The translations under genes and the position numbers were made by a program. The notes beneath the pieces are model-generated. The model ran no database searches. It was given only the letters and a program-made list of their open reading frames with translations, and was not told where the DNA came from. From an uncultured Gemmatimonadales bacterium (GTDB lineage: Bacteria; Gemmatimonadota; Gemmatimonadetes; Longimicrobiales; RSA9), in the NCBI GenBank assembly GCA_963783305.1, contig CAWAMW010000007.1:544001-608000 (forward strand): DNA of 64,000 nt, written 5' to 3'. Below, in pieces: positions 39,443-51,300 of this stretch (positions are counted from its first letter, which is position 1; each line of letters starts with the position of its first letter).

Positions 39443-40126
39443 GTGAATAGAGACGGCATTGTGGTGGAGGGGGCCGCGAAGCGGTTCGGAAGGCGCTGGG
39501 CGCTCCGGGGTGCCAGCTTCCGGGCGGAGCCGGGCACGGCGGTAGCGCTCATGGGGCACAACGGGAGCGGGAAGACGACGCTGCTCCGGATTGTCGCCAC
39601 CACGCTTCGTCCCACGCGCGGCGGCGGCACGGTCTTCGGCTTCGACCTCGTGAAGGAGAGTGACGCGATCCGCGAGCACGTCGGCGCTCTCTATCATGCC
39701 CCCGGCGTCTACAGCGATCTGACGGCACGGGAGAACCTGGAGTTCGCGCGCCGCATGTGGGGGGGCGCGAGCGTCGTGGGCGTGGATGCGGCGCTGGAGC
39801 GAGTGGGTCTCACGTTCGCGGCCGACGAGCTGGCCCGGGGCTTCTCGTCCGGTATGACGCGCCGGCTATCACTGGCGCGTCTCGTCATGCGCCCACCCCG
39901 CCTGCTGCTCCTCGACGAGCCCTACGCCAGCTTCGACGCCGATGGCATCGAGTTGGTGAACACGATGGTGCGGGAGACCGTGGATCGCGGGGGGATCGCG
40001 CTGGTGGCGACGCACGACCCCGAGCGCTCCGCGGCGGTGGTGGACGTGATCATCACACTCCAGCAGGGGCGGGTGGTCCCCACCCCCGAGAAGGCTCCGC
40101 GGCTGACGGCGGAGGTGGTTCGATGA
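39443..40126 (+). CDS. ccmA: Heme ABC exporter ATP-binding subunit
   Basis: GHNGSGKTT, FSSGM, LLLDEP. First gene of the ccm cluster. Confidence 0.88.
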   Translation: MNRDGIVVEGAAKRFGRRWALRGASFRAEPGTAVALMGHNGSGKTTLLRIVATTLRPTRGGGTVFGFDLVKESDAIREHVGALYHAPGVYSDLTARENLEFARRMWGGASVVGVDAALERVGLTFAADELARGFSSGMTRRLSLARLVMRPPRLLLLDEPYASFDADGIELVNTMVRETVDRGGIALVATHDPERSAAVVDVIITLQQGRVVPTPEKAPRLTAEVVR

Positions 40127-40809
40127 GCTTTCGGGGCGAGATGACCCGCGTGGGCGCCGTCGCGTGGAAGGACCTGACTACGGAGCGCCGATCGAAGGCC
40201 AACTTCAACGCCGTTCTGTTCCTGGCCGCCCTCATGCTGCTCATGTTCGGCTTCGCGCTGGGCCCGGATACGGCCACCCTGAGGGCCGCGGCGGCGGGGA
40301 TCCTCTGGCTGACCATCCTGTTCAGCGGGAACCTGGCGTTCCACCGCTCATACCAGGTGGAGCTCGAGGGGGGCGCCCTCGAGACCCTGCTCCTCTATCC
40401 CGGGGCCCGAAGCTCGATCTTCCTCGGGAAGATGGCGGCCAACCTGGTGTTCGTGCTCATGGTGGAGATCGTGCTGGTCCCGCTCGCCATCATCCTCTAC
40501 GACATCGAGCTGACGGGCACGCTGGGGCTGGTCCTGCTGGTGATGCTGTTGGGGACGATCGGGTTCGTGACGCTTGGGACGTTCTACGGGTCCATGGCGA
40601 GCCGGAGTCGGGCGCGGGAAGTACTCCTGCCCCTCCTCCTGTTCCCCATGCTCGTGCCCGTGCTGGTTGCGGCGGTGGAAGGGACGGCGGCGCTGCTGGC
40701 GGGCGACGCCATGGGCGACGGCGGCCGGTGGATCCAGCTGCTGGTGGCTTTCGATATCATCTTCCTCGGCGCGAGCATCCTCGCGTTCGGGGCGGTCATC
40801 GAGGAGTAA
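40123..40809 (+). CDS. ccmB: Heme exporter membrane protein
   Basis: KDL..E, E...G.LE, LLPLLLFP..VP, about six TM segments. Confidence 0.9.
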   Translation: MSFRGEMTRVGAVAWKDLTTERRSKANFNAVLFLAALMLLMFGFALGPDTATLRAAAAGILWLTILFSGNLAFHRSYQVELEGGALETLLLYPGARSSIFLGKMAANLVFVLMVEIVLVPLAIILYDIELTGTLGLVLLVMLLGTIGFVTLGTFYGSMASRSRAREVLLPLLLFPMLVPVLVAAVEGTAALLAGDAMGDGGRWIQLLVAFDIIFLGASILAFGAVIEE

Positions 40810-40818
40810 CGGAGAGAG

Positions 40819-41529
40819 ATGAGAGCGCTCAGAGAAGAGAAGGCGCCCCTCTGGCTGGTGGTGCTGACCGTGCTCGCGCCCGTGGCCGTGGTAGCGGCAC
40901 AGTGGTACGCGTTCGCGTACTCGCCGGCGGCGGAGGACTACGCGCATTCACAGAAGATCATGTACGTGCACGTACCGGCCGCGTGGAACGCGTTCCTGGC
41001 GTTCTTCATCGTGTTCTGGTCGAGTGTGGTATACCTGTGGAAGCGGACGGCGCGGAGCGACCTGCTGGCGGCCTCGGCGGCGGAGATCGGCGCACTCTTC
41101 ACCGGGCTCACCCTGGTGCTGGGCTCGATCTGGGGGAAATGGGCCTGGGGCGCGTGGTGGACCTGGGACGCCCGACTCACGTCCACGGCGGTGCTGTTCA
41201 TCATCTTTGTGGGCTACCTTTCGCTGCGCTCCTTCACGGAGGATCCGGAGCGGCGGGCGACGTGGAGCGCCGGAGTGGGAATCTTCGGGGCGCTGAACGT
41301 CCCCATCGTCTACATGTCCGTCCGGTGGTGGCGCACGTTGCACCAGGTGCAGTCGGCGCCGGATACGTTGACGCCGATCTACAAGTGGGCGCTCCGGGCG
41401 AACGCCGTGGCGTTCCTGGGGGTACTGATTGTGTTCGTGTCCTGGCGGTACCGTGCCGCGCGGATCGAGCGCCGGGCGGAGGCGCTCCAGGAAGAAGCCG
41501 TGCTCGAGGGGGGCGAAATCTATGTCTGA
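40819..41529 (+). CDS. ccmC: Heme exporter CcmC
   Basis: YVHVP.AW, WGK..WG.WW.WD.RLT (WWD domain), WW.TLHQ. Confidence 0.93.
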   Translation: MRALREEKAPLWLVVLTVLAPVAVVAAQWYAFAYSPAAEDYAHSQKIMYVHVPAAWNAFLAFFIVFWSSVVYLWKRTARSDLLAASAAEIGALFTGLTLVLGSIWGKWAWGAWWTWDARLTSTAVLFIIFVGYLSLRSFTEDPERRATWSAGVGIFGALNVPIVYMSVRWWRTLHQVQSAPDTLTPIYKWALRANAVAFLGVLIVFVSWRYRAARIERRAEALQEEAVLEGGEIYV

Positions 41530-41662
41530 CGCGAACGTCTGGAACTACGTCATCGGGGCCTACGCCGTCACGTGGGTGGGCCTGATCGGATATTCAATCC
41601 GTCTGTTCACGCTGAACCGGCGCGCCCGGAACGCGATCGCGGACCTCGGAGGTGAAGGATGA
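41522..41662 (+). CDS. ccmD: CcmD-like small membrane protein
   Basis: YVIGAY.VT TM segment plus basic tail, between ccmC and ccmE with overlaps. Confidence 0.75.
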   Translation: MSDANVWNYVIGAYAVTWVGLIGYSIRLFTLNRRARNAIADLGGEG

Positions 41663-42098
41663 AGCGGAAGACCATCGGACTGTTCGGGGCCCTGCTGGTG
41701 CTGGGAGGATTCGGCTTCCTGATCTGGGGCGGGCTCGGCACGAACCTCGTCTACTTCCTCACGCCGAGCGAGCTGCTGGCGCGGGGCGACGCCGCATACG
41801 AGACGCCGGTGCGTCTCGGCGGCAAGGTGGTCCCGGGGTCGATCGCGTGGGATGCCGACGCCCTCGACCTGCGGTTCCGGGTGACGGACGGCAGCGACAC
41901 GCTGCTGGTCCAGTCGTCCGGGGCGCCGCCGGCCATGTTCAAGGACACCATGGGCGTGGTGGTGGAGGGGTCGTACGGCCGGGAAGGGGTGTTCCGGTCC
42001 ACGAACCTCATGGTGCAGCACTCGAACGAGTACAAGGCGCCGCCCGAGGGACACCGGCCCGTGGACACCTATCAGACGCTGATCCGGGAGGACGGGAC

Positions 42099-42102
<4 letters not shown>
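41659..42102 (+). CDS. ccmE: Heme chaperone CcmE
   Basis: YFLTPSE, RLGG.V.PGS, P.MF, HSNEY (HxxxY). Confidence 0.92.
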
Positions 42103-44113
<2,011 letters not shown>

Positions 44114-44117
<4 letters not shown>

Positions 44118-44746
44118 GCTGGAAGCGCGCTGGAATCTGGATGGTGGTGATGATCCCGCTCATCATGCTGTTCACCTTCGGGCTGCGGCGGGGCGACCCG
44201 CGCTTGATCCCATCGCCGCTGGTGGACCAGCCGGCGCCCGAGTTCGCGCTGCCGATGATGTCCATCGACGGCCCAATGCCGGACGGCAGCGAGCTGACCG
44301 GAGACACGCTGCGTCTCTCGGAGCAGCGCGGGAACATCGTCGTGCTCAATTTCTTCGCGTCCTGGTGCGTGCCCTGCCGGATCGAGCACCGCGTGCTGAA
44401 CAAGGTCGCGCGGCGCTACGAGGACGACGGAGTGCGTTTCTTCGGCGTCGTGTACAACGACGAACCGCCGGCAGTGAGGAACTACATCAGGCAGCTCGGC
44501 GGGCAGTTTTACCCGGCGCTCATGGACGAGGGGCAGCGGGTGGCCATCGATTACGGGCTGGTCGGTGTGCCCGAGACGTTCTTCATATCGCCCGATGGCA
44601 CGGTGCGAAGGAAGGTCTTCAGCGCAGTGAACGAGATGATGCTGGTGTCTGAGATCGAGGCCATGCTCGCGGAGCGGGCTGCACAGGAGCCGACGGAGAC
44701 GCCGACGCCGGCGGGCACGCCGGGGACCCAGGATGTGGGGGAATGA
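44114..44746 (+). CDS. ccmG: Thiol:disulfide oxidoreductase CcmG/DsbE
   Basis: NFFASWCVPC..EH, GVPETF. Confidence 0.88.
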
Positions 44747-45216
44747 TGCGCGCTCTCCGCTCGATCACCGGCTCTCTGCTCGTGGTGCTCGCTCTCGGTA
44801 TCGCGACGGCGGCATCAATGTCGGCGCAGCAGCCTCAGATGGAGGGGCTCCAGACCAGCCGCAGCGGTCCGCTGGAAGACGCGGCACTCGAGGCGCGGGC
44901 CATACGCCTCGCGGATGAACTGCGCTGCCCGGTCTGCCAGGGGCTCTCGATCCACGACTCGCCCTCGCCGCTCGCGCAGGACATGAAGGACCTGATCCGG
45001 AGCCAGGTGGCCGCCGGGGCCACCGACCAGGAGATCCGGCAATACTTCATCAGCAAGTACGGCGAGTGGGTCCTGCTGGAGCCCAAGCCGAGCGGGTTCA
45101 ACATCCTCGTCTATCTGCTGCCGTTCGCCGGACTCCTCGGGGGCGCGTTGCTGATCGTCGTGGCCGTGCGACGCTGGACCGCACCGGAAGACGAGCCGGT
45201 GGTCGAGACACGCTGA
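44743..45216 (+). CDS. ccmH: Cytochrome c biogenesis protein CcmH
   Basis: LRCPVCQ..SI.DS...A, YG.WVL..P. Confidence 0.9.
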   Translation: MMRALRSITGSLLVVLALGIATAASMSAQQPQMEGLQTSRSGPLEDAALEARAIRLADELRCPVCQGLSIHDSPSPLAQDMKDLIRSQVAAGATDQEIRQYFISKYGEWVLLEPKPSGFNILVYLLPFAGLLGGALLIVVAVRRWTAPEDEPVVETR

Positions 45217-45367
45217 CTGTCATCACCGCGATCGGGACGCTCTGGGCGTCTTCTCCAACTCATGCCCCACGACGGCCGGCGCCGACTGGTCCGGCTCTCG
45301 CGGCCTCCGGCGTCCGCCGCTAGATTCCGGCGCTGATCCATAAAATAACAGACCGCGGTCGGAGCTC

Positions 45368-46234
45368 ATGTATCCCCACCTGTTCACCATCGGCGACTTC
45401 ACCGTCACATCCTTCGGGGTGATGATGTTCCTCTCCTTCGTGGTGGGGGCGTGGGTGCTGGCGAAGCAGTTCGAGAAGCGCGACATGGACCCGGAGATCG
45501 CGTGGGACATGCTGCTGTGGATCGCGCTGGGCGGGATCCTGGGCGCGAAACTGTACTTCGTGGCACTGCACCCGGCGGATCTGTACGCGGACCCGGTGCG
45601 GGCCCTGACGAACCGCGGAGGCCTGGTGTGGTACGGCGGCTTCATCGGCGGAGCTCTGGCCTTCTGGTGGCAGGTAAAGAAGCGGAATCTGCCGGTGGCA
45701 CTCACGTTCGACAGCGCCGCGCCCGCCCTCGCCATCGCGTATGCGGTGGGCCGAATGGGCTGCTTCCTCGTGGGCGACGACTATGGCAGGCCCACCGACT
45801 CGTGGGTCGGGATCGCGTTCCCGGAAGGGTATCCGCCCACCACCGCGCGGTACTTCCGCTCCATCGGCTACGAAATCTCCGCCGCCATTCCGGATACGGC
45901 CGTTCTCGCGGTCCATCCTACGCAGCTCTACGAGATCGCGGCGGCAACGGTCATGTTCGCGATCCTCTGGCGCCTGTCCGGCGCCTTCCGTCCAGGGCGC
46001 CTGTTCGCACTCTACCTCGTCATGTACGCCATCGAGCGGTTCCTGGTGGAGTTCGTCCGCGCCAAGACGGATTTCGTCGCGCTGGGCCTCACCACGTCCC
46101 AGTTCGCCAGCGTGCTGCTCCTGGTCATCGCCGCCGTCATCTGGCAGCGGACCCGGGGAACACACGAAACCGCCGGTGTATCCGCGGAGGACCAGCAGGC
46201 GTCGCGGGAACCGAAGCAACCCGCTCGACGCTGA
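45368..46234 (+). CDS. lgt: Prolipoprotein diacylglyceryl transferase
   Basis: GGL.WYGG, GR.GCF..GDDYG, HPTQLYE, RF.VEF.R. Confidence 0.92.
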   Translation: MYPHLFTIGDFTVTSFGVMMFLSFVVGAWVLAKQFEKRDMDPEIAWDMLLWIALGGILGAKLYFVALHPADLYADPVRALTNRGGLVWYGGFIGGALAFWWQVKKRNLPVALTFDSAAPALAIAYAVGRMGCFLVGDDYGRPTDSWVGIAFPEGYPPTTARYFRSIGYEISAAIPDTAVLAVHPTQLYEIAAATVMFAILWRLSGAFRPGRLFALYLVMYAIERFLVEFVRAKTDFVALGLTTSQFASVLLLVIAAVIWQRTRGTHETAGVSAEDQQASREPKQPARR

Positions 46235-46236
46235 GC

Positions 46237-47157
46237 ATGCGCCCAGCCGCGCTCCTCGTGGCCGCGACGCTCGCGGCCCTGGCCGCGCCGGCCGTGCGGA
46301 CCGTCGCGGCCCAGGAGCCGGACACCGTGAGCGCCACGCCCGCCGACACGGTCCCCCCAGCTCCGACGCGGCCCGAGTACGTGCCGCCCCGCTACGCCAT
46401 TTCCGTGGTGGGCGGGCGCCCGGGAGCGGGGACCGCGCAGGAGCAGCCCGTGCTGGCGATCCGTTTTGATGAGACAGGGACCGTGGCGGACTCGTCGCTC
46501 CTCCAACGGACGCTGGAGGCCGATGGCGGGTTCCAGGTCGCGGCCTCCGCCATCGTGAGCCTTACCCCTCGCTGGGCCGTGCGGATGGGCGCCGGCGCGG
46601 GTCGGCTGACGCTCCGGCCGCGCTACGACGGGGGCGACAGCACGTTTGCCGCTGCAACCTCCACCCTCACCGAGACCGAGAGCGGCGAGGTCTCTCTCTT
46701 CTTCCTCGAGGGCGCGCTCCGCATGCGGCTGAAAACCCGCGTCAGGCCCCAGCCCTACCTCGAAGTCGGCGCCTCCTCGGTCCGCTGGACCGCCGATGAG
46801 CCACCGGCCGGGGCAGCCGAGCTGGCCGACGGCGTGACCCGGTTCGCCGCCCTTGCCGCTGTAGGGGTGCTGATACCGGTCAACCAGCGGATCTCCGCAC
46901 GCATCCACGTCGAGACCCGCGCTTTCCGGACCCCGCTCGGGCCACGCCCCGCGGGCAGCGACGGCCCCGCCGTGGACAGCATGTCTCTCACGTTCCTGGC
47001 GCCCGACGCCGACCGCTTCAGCGACAACGCACAGGCGCTCTACTCCACCACACGGCTGGACGTGGGCGTCAGCTTCGGCTTCGGCGCCATGCCGCGGAGC
47101 CCGGCCACCCCGGCCACCCCGGCCGACCCGACCCCGGCGACCACGCCCCGGAGCTGA
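46237..47157 (+). CDS. Exported hypothetical protein, probable outer-membrane beta-barrel
   Basis: Signal peptide (AVRTVAA-Q), alternating beta-strand pattern (PQPYLEVG, LDVGVSF), Pro/Ala/Thr tail. Confidence 0.65.
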   Translation: MRPAALLVAATLAALAAPAVRTVAAQEPDTVSATPADTVPPAPTRPEYVPPRYAISVVGGRPGAGTAQEQPVLAIRFDETGTVADSSLLQRTLEADGGFQVAASAIVSLTPRWAVRMGAGAGRLTLRPRYDGGDSTFAAATSTLTETESGEVSLFFLEGALRMRLKTRVRPQPYLEVGASSVRWTADEPPAGAAELADGVTRFAALAAVGVLIPVNQRISARIHVETRAFRTPLGPRPAGSDGPAVDSMSLTFLAPDADRFSDNAQALYSTTRLDVGVSFGFGAMPRSPATPATPADPTPATTPRS

Positions 47158-47260
47158 CCCGCGCGAGACCACGCCGCTGGCTGCCGCGGGCGGGAAGTTG
47201 CGGGGCGGAGACGGAAAGCGATGTCCCCCCATGCCCTTCGGTCAGGAGCTCGTTGCGCCA

Positions 47261-47275
47261 TGGAACGGGGATTGC
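47261..47275 (+). promoter_or_regulatory. Putative sigma54 (-24/-12) promoter of the GntR gene
   Basis: TGGA-ACGGGGA-TTGC with canonical GG-N10-GC spacing, about 55 bp upstream of the start. Confidence 0.5.
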
Positions 47276-47330
47276 CTTCTGAGCGGACGATCGCTGTCCC
47301 ACTGCCCCCGCACGCTGAGGACCCGTACCC

Positions 47331-48305
47331 GTGACGCGGAAGGCTGGCTCGATCGTGCTCACCCGACTCCGGGAGCGTATCCGGCTCGGCCGCTACTTCG
47401 GCCGGTGGGGTCCAGGTGACCGTCTCCCGAGCGTGCGGGCCGTGGCGCAGCTGGAGGACGTGGACCGGAAGACAGTGGCGGCGGCTTACCGTCGGCTGGC
47501 GGAGGAGGGTCTGGTGCGGGTGGAGGCCCGATCGGGCGTCTACCTGAGCCAAGACGGGAGCCCTGAGGCGGATCCGCTACGGCGACTGCACCTGAGCTGG
47601 CTCGAGCACGCCATGGCCTCGGCCGAAGAGCTCGGTCTCGACCTCACCACCGCGAACCGCATGTTCCAGGGCGTGACCGCCGTACAGCGGCGGCGGATCC
47701 CGGTGGTGGATCCGGATCAGGCGCATGCGGCCCTTCTGGCCCACGAGCTGTCGGCGCGCACTGGCCTCGACTGTGTCGCTACCGAGGCGCGGCGGCTTCC
47801 GGCGGAGGTGGGGCCGCTGCACGACCCACCGTTCATCCTGGCCACCCCCGAGGGGAGAGAGCTCCTCAGCGCCATGCGCGAGCAGGTGCCGGTGATCCTG
47901 ATCACGCTCGCCGCGGATCTGTTCGAGAGCGTGTACAGGGCGGCGCGGGAGGAGTCCGTGGTGGTCGTGGTCGGCGATGGAACGCTTCGGAAGGAGCTGG
48001 AGCACGCGGTCGACCGGGGCCTCTTCGATCAGCCGGAGCGGGTCCAGGTGGTGGCAGCGGAGAGCTGGGGTGGCCGGACCGTGCCGGGGCGGGAGCGCGT
48101 CGTCACGTGGCTCGCGGCGGCGGAGAACAACGGCGAGCAGACGGGAGCCCCGCGACCTGGGCGAAGCGTGGCTGCGGGCGGTCCTTCGACGCACCTGGTG
48201 TCGACGTCGACGCTCGGCGCGATCCGCAGCCAGGTCGCGCGGGCCGCCCTCGACCAGGTCAGTACGTCCAGCGCCTCCGCCACGCGACGACGGCCTGCCG
48301 GATAA
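47331..48305 (+). CDS. GntR-family transcriptional regulator with unassigned C-terminal domain
   Basis: GDRLPSVR.VA....V...TV..AY..L..EGLV winged HTH. Confidence 0.82.
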   Translation: MTRKAGSIVLTRLRERIRLGRYFGRWGPGDRLPSVRAVAQLEDVDRKTVAAAYRRLAEEGLVRVEARSGVYLSQDGSPEADPLRRLHLSWLEHAMASAEELGLDLTTANRMFQGVTAVQRRRIPVVDPDQAHAALLAHELSARTGLDCVATEARRLPAEVGPLHDPPFILATPEGRELLSAMREQVPVILITLAADLFESVYRAAREESVVVVVGDGTLRKELEHAVDRGLFDQPERVQVVAAESWGGRTVPGRERVVTWLAAAENNGEQTGAPRPGRSVAAGGPSTHLVSTSTLGAIRSQVARAALDQVSTSSASATRRRPAG

Positions 48306-51300
48306 TGTCAGCCCGCAGATAGGACATCGTCCTGGTGCCCACGAGGCGGTCCAGGCTCTGAACGGGCTCCCAGCCGAACCGGAGCGTGCCGATCCCCGCC
48401 TGGTACTCGAGGGCCACGGCCGACAGGTCGCCGGCTTCCATTCCCACCAGGAACTCGGCGCTCAGTACCCAGTTGTCCGTGATCTCGAAGCCGGCCGTAG
48501 CGAAGGTCCCGCCTCCGGGCACGTAGTCCACTACCAGGTAGTCCAGGAGGCCGATCTGCTCGTTGATCTGAGAGGCCAGGACCTCGGCGAGTCCTGTGTA
48601 GGCCAGCCCCTGACCGAGGACGCCCGTGGCGCCTTCGGACGATGCCACCTGCCCGAGATCGCTCGTGGGGCGGCCAAAGAGGAGGAAGCTCAGCAGCTCC
48701 GAGTCCGGGATCTCGGCACCGGTCGCCGTGCCAAGGCCGAGCGACGGGTTCTGGAGCGTTCCGCCCACCGAGACGCGCACGTCCACATCGGCCCCATCCG
48801 GGACCCGGACGAGGCGGGACGCCACGATGTCGAGCCGCGGGTTGGGCTCCGGCGACCCGAAGAACCGGATCTCGGCCGACACGATCCGGAACTGCCGGTT
48901 GATCACTCCCACCGCCAGCTGGAAGGTCCCCGCCTCGCCCCGGAGTGTGCCCTGGATCGGCATGGACGACCCGAACCGATCGACGGTGAGAGTGCCGCTC
49001 AGGCGCAGGCGAGCCTCCTCCGTTACGAACCAGAGCTCATTGCCGGCGATCACGGTCAGGTTCGAGATACGGATCCCGGCCTCCTCCGCGGGGGAGTTGA
49101 GGTCGAGATCGAAGCCCTGATCCACCAGGTCGAGATCCGGCGCGGTGAGCCTCGCGCTCAGCTCCGGCTGCTGCAGCGGCGCCAGTGAAACCGCGCCATC
49201 ATCGACGCGCACGGATCCGGTGACCACAGGCTGGGAAGCCCTCCCGCCGAGGCGCACCTCACCCCACAGTCCCGCCGGGCGCTCGTCGTCCAGTCCCTGG
49301 ACGCGGAACTCCTGGAGCTCGGCCGTAAGGTCGAGAGCGGGGTCCGTCAGCTCCTGGAAGTCCAGCGCGCCCGTGATCCGGGCGAAGCCGTCGCTCTCCA
49401 CGATGAAGTCCTGGAACACGGCTTCGCGACCGCTCAGCACGATCTGGCCACGGATGTTCTCAAACCGGCGGTCGAGCAGCGGGATGGTCACGCTCCCCTG
49501 GATCAGCGAAGCGGAACCGCTCAGGCGGGGCGCCGAGGGCGTGCCGCTGATCTGTACGTCCGCCTCGATCCGCCCCTCCAGGTTCTCCACGAGGGTCAGG
49601 CCGGGATCCAGCGTCGCGAGGGGGAACGTGTGGGTAGTGACCTTCAGGTCGACGGCCCCGTCGTCGGCCAGGGCGAAGAGGGTATCGCCGGCGAGCCGGA
49701 GCCGAGCGGGCAGCGTGCCCGACAACTGGATTCGGGCAGAGTCACCCAGGAGCCCCACGCCGTCCACCACGAGCCGCTCGCCCTCGTACAGGACCTTACC
49801 CTCCAGGGATCGGATCGCGACGCCCCTGAAGCTGCCGTCCCCGAGGCCGAGGGCGAGGTCGACCGTGGGAGCATCCACGGGGCCCGCTACACGGCCCGTC
49901 AACGAGAGCTCACCGTCCAGCGCCATCTCGATTCCCACCAGCTCGAGAACGTCCCCGATGGGGAGGCCGGCCACGTCGACGGCGAGGTCCATGTCGTCCA
50001 GCGGAGCGACCACACCGTTCGCGAGAATCCGCCCCGCGCCGTCCACCTGGCGCAGCTCCACGCCATCGATGCGCACCGAGTCTCCGACCGTCCACGCCAC
50101 CCGAGCCGGCTCCGGCAGTCGCCAGCGCTCCTGCCGGAGGTCGAGCTCGAGGGACCGCAGGAATACCTCCCGCCGGCCCGTCTCGTCGATGATGCCATCG
50201 GCCGTCAGCTCCAGCAGACCGCGCTCACCCTGCTGATCCGCCCTCACCACCAGGGCGAAGTTCGGTCGTCCCAGGTCGAGGTTGGCCTGAAACGAATCGA
50301 AGCCACCGAACGGCGTTCGCAGCTCGTCGGAGGCGAGTTCCAGGTCGAGCCGGGGCAGCCCATCGCTCAGGGTCACCGCGTACTCGCCCTCGAGGCTCTC
50401 GGCTGCCCATTCCCCCCAGCGGAACCCGCGCGCGGCGACGGTGCCCTCGAGCTGCGGGGTCGCGAGCGTCCCGCCCGCGGTCCCGGTGAGACGGAGGCTG
50501 CCGCGCGCGAACTGCGGCTGGCCGGTCGGACCGGCCGGCAGGAATGGGCCCAGCGGACCCAGCTCGGAGACAAGGGCGTCGTACGCCACGGTCCCGCTGC
50601 CGTCCACGAAGTCCCACCGCCCCGCGGCGGCGAGCTGCACGGGACCGAGGTGGACGCGGAGTTCCTCCACATCCACCACACCGCCGGCCACTTCCATGAG
50701 CAGGGCGAGGGTGTCTTCCGGCTCGCTCTCCCAGCCCGTGAAGTTGCCGTTGGCCGCAAGCGTGGCGCGCGCGGTCGCCGGATCGAAGCCCCGGCCCTCC
50801 AGCGTGAATGCGGCGTGCACCTCCGCGGGCGGTACCGGCGCCTCGATGACCGACTGGAGACGCACGCCGGTCAGGCGTCCCGTGAGGTCGTAGGAGGGCA
50901 CCGCGCCGGTCGGGTCCACCCTCCCCTCGATCGACAGGATCCCACCGCCCGCCTCCAGCCGGACGTCCAGGTCCAGCGGCGTGGTGCCGGGTGCGCCCGT
51001 GAAGCGCACGCTCCCGGTGATCGGGCCAGCGAAGGGCAGCCCGGGCGCCAGCGCGCGCAGAGCCAGCAGGGGGGTCTGATCGAAGGACACGGCCGCTTCC
51101 TGGAGCGAGAACCCCTCCTCGGTGAGGGCGATCCTGCCAGTGAGGTCGGTGACGAATGGCTCCGGTACGCTCGGCGTCGTGAGGCGGCCCCGCAGGTCCA
51201 GCCGGATGTCATCCCCGGTCCCACTGATCGTGCCGGTCACCGTGCCGCCGTAGGGAAGGGGACCCGTGAAGGCCTCGACGAGGTCGAGCGAGAGCGGGTC

